Positions 1 to 8,089 of a DNA stretch of 21,449 nt are shown here, piece after piece; within the stretch, counting starts at the first letter, position 1, and the number at the start of each line of letters is the position of its first letter. Under the pieces are notes generated by a model. The model made no database searches. It saw only the letters and a list, made by a program, of their open reading frames with translations, and was not told the DNA's origin. The DNA comes from Candidatus Hodarchaeota archaeon (GTDB taxonomy: Archaea; Asgardarchaeota; Heimdallarchaeia; Hodarchaeales; Hodarchaeaceae), in contig JAEOTQ010000056.1 in NCBI GenBank assembly GCA_016839785.1, forward strand, positions 1 to 21,449, written 5' to 3'. The position numbers were made by a program, and so were the translations under genes.

Positions 1-314
1 AGACTATGGCAAAAGAATTAATTCTTCTTGGAGAATCAATTAATGCGGAAAAAGCATTATCAATTGGGCTCTTAAATAAAGTTGTAGATCCTGAAAAACT
101 GGAAATAACTGTTATGGATTATGCTCAAAAACTAGCTAAAGGGCCTCAATTTGCGATAGCCCAAGCTAAAGAATCAATAAATCGTGGAACAGAAATGGCT
201 TGGTTAGATGCTATACAAATGGAATCAAATCTTTTCGTTCTCTGTTACACACACGAAGATTTTAAGGAAGGAGTATCTGCATTTTTGGAAAAACGTACAC
301 CTAATTTCAAATAA
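1..314 (+). CDS. Enoyl-CoA hydratase/isomerase (crotonase) family protein, C-terminal part (5' truncated by window edge)
   Basis: AKELILLGESINAEKALSIGLLNKVV ... AIAQAKESIN ... EDFKEGVSAFLEKRTPNFK is the typical crotonase C-terminus. The frame is open to the window start, so ATG at 6 is probably internal. Confidence 0.93.
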   Translation, partial: TMAKELILLGESINAEKALSIGLLNKVVDPEKLEITVMDYAQKLAKGPQFAIAQAKESINRGTEMAWLDAIQMESNLFVLCYTHEDFKEGVSAFLEKRTPNFK

Positions 315-409
315 AGTATGAATAGAATTGAAGAGATTATTTAACATATATTTGCTATATGAAGAAATTTAATACAATGACTTATTCTCTATTTTAATAA
401 GGATAAATC

Positions 410-847
410 ATGACACTCATTACTAAAACCAACGCTAAAGATCTTCCAGAGGTATTGAAGTTACTATCAATGGTAAACCTTCCTGTTGAAGGAGTTAAAG
501 AGCAGTTTCAAAACTTTTTTATTATAAGAAAAGATAAAACGATCGTTGGCTGCATAGGAATTGAAATCTATGGAAATACTGCCCTCCTTCGATCATTAGC
601 AGTTCATCCCTCCTTTCAAGGAAAAGGGCTAGGTCTACAACTAGTGCATAAGATCGAGGGATATTCGACTGAGAAGAATTTACGTAACATCTATTTACTA
701 ACAGAAACAGCAGAGAAATTTTTTTTGAATTTAGGTTACAACTATGTTCCCAGAGATAATGTTGATCCGAGAATCAAGCAAACTATTGAATTTACAACAT
801 TATGTCCCTCCTCACCCGTAATGATCAAGAAAATATCTTTCTTATAA
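410..847 (+). CDS. GNAT-family N-acetyltransferase, ArsN2/ArgA-short-form-like
   Basis: LLRSLAVHPSFQGKGLG acetyl-CoA motif A, YLLTETAEKFF..LGY motif B, and C-terminal EFTTLCPSS resembling the ArsN2 group. SD-like AAGGA upstream. Confidence 0.85.
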   Translation: MTLITKTNAKDLPEVLKLLSMVNLPVEGVKEQFQNFFIIRKDKTIVGCIGIEIYGNTALLRSLAVHPSFQGKGLGLQLVHKIEGYSTEKNLRNIYLLTETAEKFFLNLGYNYVPRDNVDPRIKQTIEFTTLCPSSPVMIKKISFL

Positions 848-938
848 TTATTCTTCATTTATTACTATTATAGGAATTTATTAAAGGACAAATTCTTATG
901 ATCTGAAACGCAGGTTATTTACCTTTAAAACAAGTATG

Positions 939-1002
939 TGGTGCGGATGTTCCAGGACTGGCGTTAACCCAGAAGGATGACGTTTCATCACTTCTGGCAC
1001 TA
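939..1002. other. GC-rich structured intergenic element (hairpin, possible small ncRNA or leader)
   Basis: CCAGAAG-GATGA-cgtt-TCATC-a-CTTCTGG hairpin at 969-997. A possible outer stem TGGTGC (939-944)/GCACTA (997-1002) closes it. The surroundings are AT-rich. Confidence 0.4.
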
Positions 1003-1282
1003 ATTTTAATCCAGTTATTTGGTTTTAATACAACTATTTTAGATTTTTCAAATAAGTTACTATCCCTACCAAATTTTTTCAAATCATATCGATTTTTTTA
1101 TGTCCCGATTACTCATCCTGAGTCATTTTGGTGGCATGGTTGGCATTCTTCTTTAAATATTAACGTATAGCAAGAAAAAGCTATTTTTCCTATTTTCGTT
1201 AAATATTTTTAAACCTTAGGATATTGCAACCAGATTTCTTGTTCAGATGGTGAATCCCCTGTCCCAAAAGAATGTGAATAAA

Positions 1283-2590
1283 ATGAAGAATCATAAACGA
1301 TTTGATTTAGATGAAAACGAAATACCAAAAAAATGGTACAATATACTCCCTGACTTACCTGTAGCTCTTCCTCCTCCTTTATCCCCTGCTACTAATGAAC
1401 CAGTCGGTCCAAAGGATTTGGCGCCTTTATTCCCTATGGAGCTTATACGACAGGAGGTATCTACTGATAGAGAGATACAGATCCCTCACGAGGTTTTAGA
1501 AAGGTATAGAGAAATCAGGCCTTCTCCGTTAATACGGGCAACAGGTTTAGAGCATGTATTAAAGACAAAAGCTCGAATTTACTTTAAACATGAAGGTGAA
1601 CGTTCACCAACAGGTTCACATAAGGTAAATACAGCCATAGCTCAAGCATATTATAATATGAAAGAAGGAGTTGAATCACTCATTACTGAAACGGGAGCAG
1701 GCCAATGGGGAAGCGCGTTAGCCTATGCAACACACTTATTTGAATTAGCATGCGAAGTTTACATGGTTAGAGCTAGTTTTGATCAAAAACCCCACAGAAA
1801 AACAATTATGGAACTATTTGGTGCCAGTGTGTTTTCCTCCCCCTCAAAGAATACTGATTTTGGCCAACAGATACTGGAAAAAGATCCAAGTAATCCTGGA
1901 AGCCTGGGAATAGCAATAAGTGAAGCTATTTCTCATTCTCTAAGAAATGATGAAGCTAAGTATTCTTTAGGGTCGGTTCTTAACCATGTACTACTTCATC
2001 AAACAGTTATTGGTTTAGAGGCAGAAAAACAATTTAAAATGGCCGAGGCAGATCTAAAAGGTCCAGATTACGTTGTTGCTTGCGTAGGCGGAGGTAGTAA
2101 CTTCGCTGGATTAAGTTATCCATTTATTCGTGCAAAATTGCATAACGGGTATGAAATGGAAGCAATAGCTGCAGAATCTGTTGCTGCATCAAAAATGTCT
2201 GATGGAGAGTACAAATACGATTTTGGAGACACAGCAAAGACTACTCCACTTCTTAAGATGTACACATTAGGTTCTGACTATATCCCTCCACCGATTCATG
2301 CAGGAGGATTGAGATACCATGGCGTTGCTCCCAGTTTATCTGTATTGTTAGACTCTGGAGTTGTCACACCAACTAAATTTACTCAAAAAATTGCGTTTGA
2401 AGCTGCAAAGATTTTTGTAAATTCTGAAGGTATTTTACCAGCCCCAGAATCAGCTCATGCTATTGCTGCCACAATAGATATAGCACGAAGGAATAAAGAT
2501 AAGGATATTACAATTCTCTTTAATCTCTCTGGGCATGGTCTCTTCGATCTTGAAGGTTATCGTAAATATAATGCGAATGAGTTGGAATAG
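1283..2590 (+). CDS. trpB2: Tryptophan synthase beta chain 2 (TrpB2, PLP-dependent)
   Basis: [14 protein letters not shown]-terminal extension typical of TrpB2, [10 protein letters not shown] (PLP lysine), [45 protein letters not shown]. The ORF track starts at 1247; ATG 1283 (MKNHKRFDL) fits the usual N-terminus better. Confidence 0.96.
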   Translation: MKNHKRFDLDENEIPKKWYNILPDLPVALPPPLSPATNEPVGPKDLAPLFPMELIRQEVSTDREIQIPHEVLERYREIRPSPLIRATGLEHVLKTKARIYFKHEGERSPTGSHKVNTAIAQAYYNMKEGVESLITETGAGQWGSALAYATHLFELACEVYMVRASFDQKPHRKTIMELFGASVFSSPSKNTDFGQQILEKDPSNPGSLGIAISEAISHSLRNDEAKYSLGSVLNHVLLHQTVIGLEAEKQFKMAEADLKGPDYVVACVGGGSNFAGLSYPFIRAKLHNGYEMEAIAAESVAASKMSDGEYKYDFGDTAKTTPLLKMYTLGSDYIPPPIHAGGLRYHGVAPSLSVLLDSGVVTPTKFTQKIAFEAAKIFVNSEGILPAPESAHAIAATIDIARRNKDKDITILFNLSGHGLFDLEGYRKYNANELE

Positions 2591-2647
2591 GATTTTAATC
2601 GGTCCATTCCTCTCATAATCGACCTTCTTCATATGTTGGAGATGTTC

Positions 2648-2683
2648 AATACAGACAGGGGCTTTTTCTCCCTGTCAGGTATT
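2648..2683. other. Stem-loop about 60 nt downstream of trpB2
   Basis: AATAC-a-GACAGGGG-ctttttc-TCCCTGTC-ag-GTATT: two paired segments separated by a small internal loop. Confidence 0.5.
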
Positions 2684-2809
2684 TTCAGATACAGAAATAT
2701 GCAGATAGCTTCTTATAACAAAAAGAGAAGTCTAAAAAAGAGATCTGGGTTTAGGAAAAGAATTGTGAGTACCATTAGAAATGTCATAAATCCGCTACTG
2801 GGAATATCA

Positions 2810-2843
2810 TTGAATTCTGATTCAACCTAACCAGTTTTTTTTT
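2810..2843 (+). terminator. Possible terminator (short hairpin plus T9 tract)
   Basis: TTGAAT-tctg-ATTCAA (2810-2825), then a T9 run at 2835-2843. Oligo-T tracts are archaeal termination signals. Confidence 0.4.
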
Positions 2844-3088
2844 AACTCCCCCTATTTTTAGTTAATTCTGGATTTATATCATTACAGAGGTGAACCAATA
2901 ATTTGTTGGATGTTTCTTAAAAAGGGACTACTGTGCCTATCAACACACTCCCATTTCAAGGAGTCTAAATAATAAATCGCTTTCCTGTAAGACTGATTAA
3001 AGAATTTCATGCATAACGCATAAAGGTCATAATTAATAAAGAAAATTAGAGTTACAAATCATATGCCGTTTTCCCTGCTAATAAGGTT

Positions 3089-3577
3089 GTGAGATTATCT
3101 TTGGATACACAGACAATACTAGTTGAACCACGAAGTGAACGAAATGGACTATTTCCTGAAGAACAAAGCTTAAAATCAGCGATAAAAGAATTGAATGATA
3201 GAAAGTTAACATATAAACGATCTACGCGAGGATATACCGCTCTCTATGAGAATAAAGACATAAATCCAATGATAGCTGGTAAACGCAAAAAAGAAATGGA
3301 AGAGCTTGTCCATAAAATTCATTGTCGGTATGTTAAGTATTTGGCAATACGAGACTTTATGAAACCTGGATTTACTCTCGAAAAAACGATTGATGAGAAT
3401 GAACAATATCAGCTAGTATTCACAAATAACCGCGAGGGTTCAGAAATAGTCGTGGTTTGTAATAATCATAAATGGCTGATTCAGATTACTACTAGCGGTA
3501 TTCCCTCGAGTTCTCCTCTAAAGTTTCTTTCTGCTTTTCAAGCACGAATTGGAAAGATTGTAAAAACCTATGAGTAG
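3089..3577 (+). CDS. Hypothetical protein, possible DUF1257 (Ycf35)-DUF2997 fusion
   Basis: 162-codon ORF with GTG start and globular composition. LVHKIHCRYVKYLAIRDFMKPGFTLEKTIDENEQYQLVF resembles the DUF1257 C-terminus. EIVVVC...ITTSGIPSSSPLKFLSAFQARIGKIV resembles DUF2997. Recognised by eye only. Confidence 0.7.
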   Translation: MRLSLDTQTILVEPRSERNGLFPEEQSLKSAIKELNDRKLTYKRSTRGYTALYENKDINPMIAGKRKKEMEELVHKIHCRYVKYLAIRDFMKPGFTLEKTIDENEQYQLVFTNNREGSEIVVVCNNHKWLIQITTSGIPSSSPLKFLSAFQARIGKIVKTYE

Positions 3578-3840
3578 ATTAGATAGTCTAAATGAATGCT
3601 GACTTATTTCTTTTATAGAAAAGTGATTTCATGATTTTTCTACCAAAAAAAACACAAAACGTTCTTTCTTTTGTACAGAGAAATTCAATTTAACCTTCTC
3701 TCTCCCATTTCTTTGGATGAGTGGTTTCTAGTTCCTACTCGTTTTCTCGTAAGCTTTATAAGAGGTTCTGATTATAAGTTTCTTGTTCTTACATTCTCAT
3801 TTTGATAATACACAAACTTTCTTACAAAAAGATCTACCAA

Positions 3841-3848
3841 TTATATAA
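3841..3848 (+). promoter_or_regulatory. Putative archaeal TATA box upstream of the small charged ORF
   Basis: TTATATAA located 60 nt upstream of ATG 3901. Confidence 0.35.
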
Positions 3849-3900
3849 CTCGTGGTAATACGAATTCTAATTTTTGAACCTTTAGTTATTGGGAAATACA

Positions 3901-4134
3901 ATGGAAAAGCAAATCAAGGGTAAAAATAGTAATAAAGGCTATTCTGGCTATGAAGATTTGGATTATCAACAAGAGCCTTCTCGAAAATCGAATAGAAAGA
4001 CCTATCGTGATAATTTTGATGATTATGATGATAACTCACGAAATAATCGAATAAAAGATGTGAGTCGATTCAAGAATCGAAAACAAGACAGAAAAAATAG
4101 TAAGCGAAACCATAAGCACTATGATATCTGGTGA
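3901..4134 (+). CDS. Small charged low-complexity (R/K/N/D/Y-rich) hypothetical protein
   Basis: 77 codons from ATG 3901 (track start is TTG 3889). The purine-rich coding-like sequence contrasts with the T-rich flank. Convergent with fadD. Confidence 0.7.
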   Translation: MEKQIKGKNSNKGYSGYEDLDYQQEPSRKSNRKTYRDNFDDYDDNSRNNRIKDVSRFKNRKQDRKNSKRNHKHYDIW

Positions 4135-4188
4135 AACGAGAGATCTTCAAAGATTTTTGTCATATCACGATAAATTTCCTGTTTTTTC

Positions 4189-5934
4189 TTAACTATCTAT
4201 TGATCGTTTCTTTCCTGCTTTTTTCCACATCATATCTCGTAGTTCTCGATGAAGAACTTTCCCGATAGCGCTTCTTGGTAGTTCATCGATAAATGTCACC
4301 TTGCGTGGAATCTTATATCTAGCAATCCGTCCTTTACAGAATTCCATAATCTCCTCTGCAGACGCTGTTTCGTCATCTTTTAGAGCTACAAATGCCATTA
4401 CTTGTTCTCCCCGAATCTTGTGGGGAACGCCGACTACAGCTACTTCTTGAATTGCAGGATGCTCCATGATTAGTTCTTCGACTTCTCGTGGATAAACTTT
4501 CAATCCAGACACATCTATCATGTTTTTCTTACGACCAGAGATGAAAAAATAACCCTCCGGATCGATATATCCTATGTCTCCAGTTAAAAAATATCCTTCT
4601 TCATTGAAAACGTCAGCTGTTTCTTGTGGTTTTTTCCAATAGGCAGAAAATACTTGAGGACCTTTTACTCCGATTTCTCCTTCCTCTCCTTGAGGTAGTT
4701 CTTTATTTCCATCATTTCGATCAAAAATTCTAGCATCTGTATCTGCTATGGGGAAACCAATACTTCCCGACCGTTTTCCGCCTGGTGTGAATGGATTGAC
4801 ATGGGTGACAGGACTTGTTTCAGTCAATCCATATCCTTCTACAACATTTGCACCTGTTAATTCCTCGAAATTCCACATTACTTGTTCTGGTAAAGGTGCA
4901 GCCCCTGAGAGGCAGGCGCGTATAGAAGACAGATCATAATCTTTAATGTCTTTGTGGAATAATAATCCTACATATAGGGCAGGAACAGCATGGAAAAATG
5001 TAGGTTTATATTTATAGAGTGTTTCTAACAAATCCTGTAACATAGGTCGGCCTGCCAAAGGATCAGTTAATAAAATCATTTTTGATGCTGTATTAACTGC
5101 AGCTAGCATACATGTATTTAATGCATAAATGTGAAACAACGGTAGAGCTACAACAAAGCATTCTTCTCCCTGGGTTAGTGGGGGATGATAAATATTTGTC
5201 AGTTGGATTTGATTACTAACAATGTTATAGTGAGATAAGTTGGTTCCTTTACTAACTCCTGTTGTACCTCCAGTATACTGAATCAGAGCTAAATCTTTTA
5301 CTGGATCAATTTCAACTTTTGGAACTGCTTTTGGATCACCTTCATCAACCATCTTCTGGAATGAGATATCTTGTGCATGAATTCTCTTTCGTAAAGGTAA
5401 TTTGGCTGTAAGAATACCTATATATCTTTTAGATCGTGATATTTCATCATGGAGAGAGGCTACTATAATGTTATCTAATTCAACATTTGATTTATCTCGT
5501 AATCGCCTCACACGATCATAAGTAATGTCAATACATATAATTGTGCGTGCTCCTGAATCTTTCAGTTGATAAGTTAACTCATAATCAACATATTGGGTGT
5601 TAAAAGGAACGATAGTAGCGCCTAGTCGGTTTATGGCAAAAAACGCGATTACAAATTGAGGACAATTCGGGAGATAGATCCCTATTCGATCCCCCTTAGA
5701 AATACCCAACTTCTGCAAGGAATCTGCGAATCTTAGGACTTTTTCCCATAGAACTTTATACTTAATTTTTGCATCGAAGAATATCGTAGCAATATTATCA
5801 GGATACTCATGTGCAGCTTCCTCCAAGAATTGGTAGATAGGAAAATCTTTAGGGTAATCAAGATGTTTTGCAATTTCTTCTGGCCATAATCCCCCTGTGA
5901 ACCAAGGACGATTATCTAATTCAGATATAACCAT
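4189..5934 (-). CDS. fadD: Long-chain-fatty-acid--CoA ligase (FadD-like)
   Basis: IQYTGGTTGVSKG (AMP-binding), ALPLFHIYA, SGAAPLP, EGYGLTETSP, TGDIGYID, GRKKNMIDVSGLKVYPREVE, ELPRSAIGK. SD GAGGAG on the minus strand at 5945-5950. Confidence 0.96.
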   Translation of the reverse strand: MVISELDNRPWFTGGLWPEEIAKHLDYPKDFPIYQFLEEAAHEYPDNIATIFFDAKIKYKVLWEKVLRFADSLQKLGISKGDRIGIYLPNCPQFVIAFFAINRLGATIVPFNTQYVDYELTYQLKDSGARTIICIDITYDRVRRLRDKSNVELDNIIVASLHDEISRSKRYIGILTAKLPLRKRIHAQDISFQKMVDEGDPKAVPKVEIDPVKDLALIQYTGGTTGVSKGTNLSHYNIVSNQIQLTNIYHPPLTQGEECFVVALPLFHIYALNTCMLAAVNTASKMILLTDPLAGRPMLQDLLETLYKYKPTFFHAVPALYVGLLFHKDIKDYDLSSIRACLSGAAPLPEQVMWNFEELTGANVVEGYGLTETSPVTHVNPFTPGGKRSGSIGFPIADTDARIFDRNDGNKELPQGEEGEIGVKGPQVFSAYWKKPQETADVFNEEGYFLTGDIGYIDPEGYFFISGRKKNMIDVSGLKVYPREVEELIMEHPAIQEVAVVGVPHKIRGEQVMAFVALKDDETASAEEIMEFCKGRIARYKIPRKVTFIDELPRSAIGKVLHRELRDMMWKKAGKKRSIDS

Positions 5935-6185
5935 GATTTTTTATCTCCTCAAATATAAATCTTATTTACTTTCTCGTAGATTTTGTCATTACTTGATGTA
6001 GTGAATCTCGTCTGTAATTTCCCACTATTTCATTGACTGATTCAAAAAATGGGTTAGAGTCTGGATATTATTCATCGTATTTTTGATTATTTTTTAATTA
6101 ATATTAAATATTTTTTCACTTACATTTAATTTATCTTCATAAAACTTTTTATTCTAATCTACGGAATTAAGAGAAATGTTTAGAT

Positions 6186-6223
6186 AATACAGTTACTGCT
6201 TCCATATAACTGTATTTTATAAA
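6186..6223 (+). promoter_or_regulatory. Perfect 10-bp inverted repeat (operator-like) abutting a TATA-like box
   Basis: AATACAGTTA-N11-TAACTGTATT at 6186-6216, followed by TTTATAAA at 6216-6223, about 30 nt before the SBP ATG. Confidence 0.6.
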
Positions 6224-6252
6224 TAAAAAAGAAATTTTGAGTATGAAAAAAA

Positions 6253-7902
6253 ATGAAAAATAAAGCATCAATATTTGGATTCTTATTTGTAATCACTCTA
6301 GTTTTTTCCTTCGCATTGATCCCTGGAGGCTCGAAACCTAATCAAGCCAATCCTACAATTAAGATTGGAGCTCTTGGCCCATTATTAATCACCCCTGGGG
6401 CTGATATGAAGAAAGGAGCAGAATTAGCGGTTAAAGAAATTAACGATGCCGGCGGTTTTGATGTCGGAGGAACCACATATGATTTTGACCTAATTGTTGA
6501 AACAACATCTGACCCAACATCTGGATTGCCTGAACCAGCCGTCGGTACAGCTTCTTTAAATAAACTTCAATTACAGGATGATGTAGTAGGAATAGTTGGT
6601 GGATTTAGAACAGAAGTCGTTGTACAGCTTCAAGCCATATTAGATCGACCATTCCTTGGAGTAGGATCTACAGCTCCCATTATCACGCCATTCTTCTGGA
6701 GAACAAGTCCAACAAACGGTAGTGGACTTACTAGAATGTTACTTGATCTATATGCTCTTGGAATGGGCCCTCAAATGGGTGTGAGAAATGTCACTATCGT
6801 TCGAGAGGATGCTACCTGGAGTCTAGCCATGAGTATTGGGTTGAAGTACTATCTTAATCTCTATCTTCCCGTAGCAATGGGAGCTCTCGGAGTACCAAGA
6901 ATAAATTTCACAGATGACATTGTTATACCAACAACCCAAGGTCTAGATGGTGTAATTTCAGCTATGACTCCAATTAAGTCATCATTGCCCGAAACCAACT
7001 CAGGAATTGATCTGGATATAAATGCTATTATGCATATATTTTCAGGGCCGGTTGGTAAATATGTTCCTCAAGCTTGGGCATCTTTAGACATGGATCAAAT
7101 TCTTGCAGGAATAAATGTTGAATCTCAAGCGAGTACATACTTCGATTCCACTCAAGGAGCTTCGTACGGAGAAATTGAATTAGAAACTGCCCCTCCTGAT
7201 CTCCATTCACCTTCTATGGACACTTTCAGAGCGAGTTACAACGCAGAATACGGTGAAGAACCAACTTACACATCTGTTGCGTCATATGACTCAGTTTTCA
7301 TATTAAAGGAAGCTTTACAGGCCGCAGGAGTAGTAGATAGTATTGCTGTTCAGCTTGCGCTAAATCAAACAGAATACCAGGGAACTTGGGCTCTAACTAA
7401 GTTTACTAATGAACCTAATGTGTGGACTCACCCCTTATTTGGATATCCATACGGCCAAGTAGGCTACGACAATGATGGAAATAGGGTTCTTATTCCAGGT
7501 GTTCCAACAGATCTCATTGTTCACGATCTATATACACCCCTTACCGTAGGAGTACGTGGCCGTCCCTATGCACAAGGTTATTTCTGTCAATGGCAGAAAG
7601 GTGGTGTGAAAAGAACAGTTTGGATGAATTTCACATCAATACCAATGACAGAGAATCTTACTACAAGAATGGAGTGGCCAATCGTTCATAGTGATTCGGG
7701 ATATGTACCCCCTGAAACAACGACGACAACTACAGATACAGAAGCTACGACGACAACCACAGATACAGAAGCTACAACTACAGAAGCTACGACGACAACC
7801 ACAGAAGTAACCGATATCCCCGGATTTGAGTTCACTCTAGTATTGGTTGTAGTAGGGACTTTTGCCATGATGTATATTCGGAGAAAACGTAAAAAACGCT
7901 AG
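6253..7902 (+). CDS. Liv-type (branched-chain amino acid family) ABC transporter substrate-binding protein with signal peptide, Thr-rich linker and PGF-CTERM-like anchor
   Basis: N-terminal hydrophobic signal, IKIGALGPL..GADMKKGAELAVKEINDAGG, VVGIVGG, F...YNAEYGEEP...ASYDSVFILKEALQAAG. C-terminus is IPGF + TM helix + RRKRKKR. Confidence 0.92.
   Translation: MKNKASIFGFLFVITLVFSFALIPGGSKPNQANPTIKIGALGPLLITPGADMKKGAELAVKEINDAGGFDVGGTTYDFDLIVETTSDPTSGLPEPAVGTASLNKLQLQDDVVGIVGGFRTEVVVQLQAILDRPFLGVGSTAPIITPFFWRTSPTNGSGLTRMLLDLYALGMGPQMGVRNVTIVREDATWSLAMSIGLKYYLNLYLPVAMGALGVPRINFTDDIVIPTTQGLDGVISAMTPIKSSLPETNSGIDLDINAIMHIFSGPVGKYVPQAWASLDMDQILAGINVESQASTYFDSTQGASYGEIELETAPPDLHSPSMDTFRASYNAEYGEEPTYTSVASYDSVFILKEALQAAGVVDSIAVQLALNQTEYQGTWALTKFTNEPNVWTHPLFGYPYGQVGYDNDGNRVLIPGVPTDLIVHDLYTPLTVGVRGRPYAQGYFCQWQKGGVKRTVWMNFTSIPMTENLTTRMEWPIVHSDSGYVPPETTTTTTDTEATTTTTDTEATTTEATTTTTEVTDIPGFEFTLVLVVVGTFAMMYIRRKRKKR
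7714..7812 (+). repeat. Imperfect tandem repeat (about 27-bp unit) encoding the Thr-rich linker
   Basis: ACAGATACAGAAGCTACGACGACAACC-type units encode ETTTTTTDTEATTTTTDTEATTTEATTTTTEVT. Confidence 0.9.
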
Positions 7903-7925
7903 TTACTAGCGTTTTCTTTTTCTTT
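7893..7925 (+). terminator. Perfect hairpin over the SBP stop codon followed by a T-rich tract
   Basis: AAAACGCTAG-tta-CTAGCGTTTT (7893-7915), then CTTTTTCTTT. Confidence 0.65.
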
Positions 7926-8089
7926 ATACGTTTTACAACTACTAAATGATTTACCTGATTATTATATGTTAGTGGAAACTAAGCATTAATATTAATGTAG
8001 CTTAAGTACCAGATCTATCTATGAGAATAATTCTAACTGTATCAGACTAAAAACAATTGCCTCTAAATGAAAGAAAAAGGAGATTTTCA

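Noticed and set aside
939-1002. tRNA, box C/D sRNA or hammerhead ribozyme call (GTGATGA on the minus strand)
   Set aside because: There is no cloverleaf or TTCRA loop, no properly placed CTGA D box, and no CUGAUGA/GAAA core.
936-1029. Selenoprotein or SECIS reading of the mini-ORF MWCGCSRTGVNPEG-TGA-RFITSG and its hairpin
   Set aside because: The hairpin covers the UGA itself, lacks an AUGA/GA quartet or GAA/A bulge in the right geometry, and the peptide resembles no selenoprotein I know.
2699-2830. Resemblance of KKRSGFRKRI to bacterial ribosomal protein bL34
   Set aside because: Only a short basic motif matches. The MKRTFQP start and the Arg-rich C-terminus are missing, and bL34 is not expected in archaea.
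6243-6255. Out-of-frame ATG plus A8 run before the SBP start as a phase-variation switch
   Set aside because: ATG 6253 already gives an intact signal peptide, and A runs of this length are common in this AT-rich sequence.
7714-7812. CRISPR-like repeat
   Set aside because: The units are contiguous, have no unique spacers and are in frame within a CDS. This is a Thr-linker repeat.
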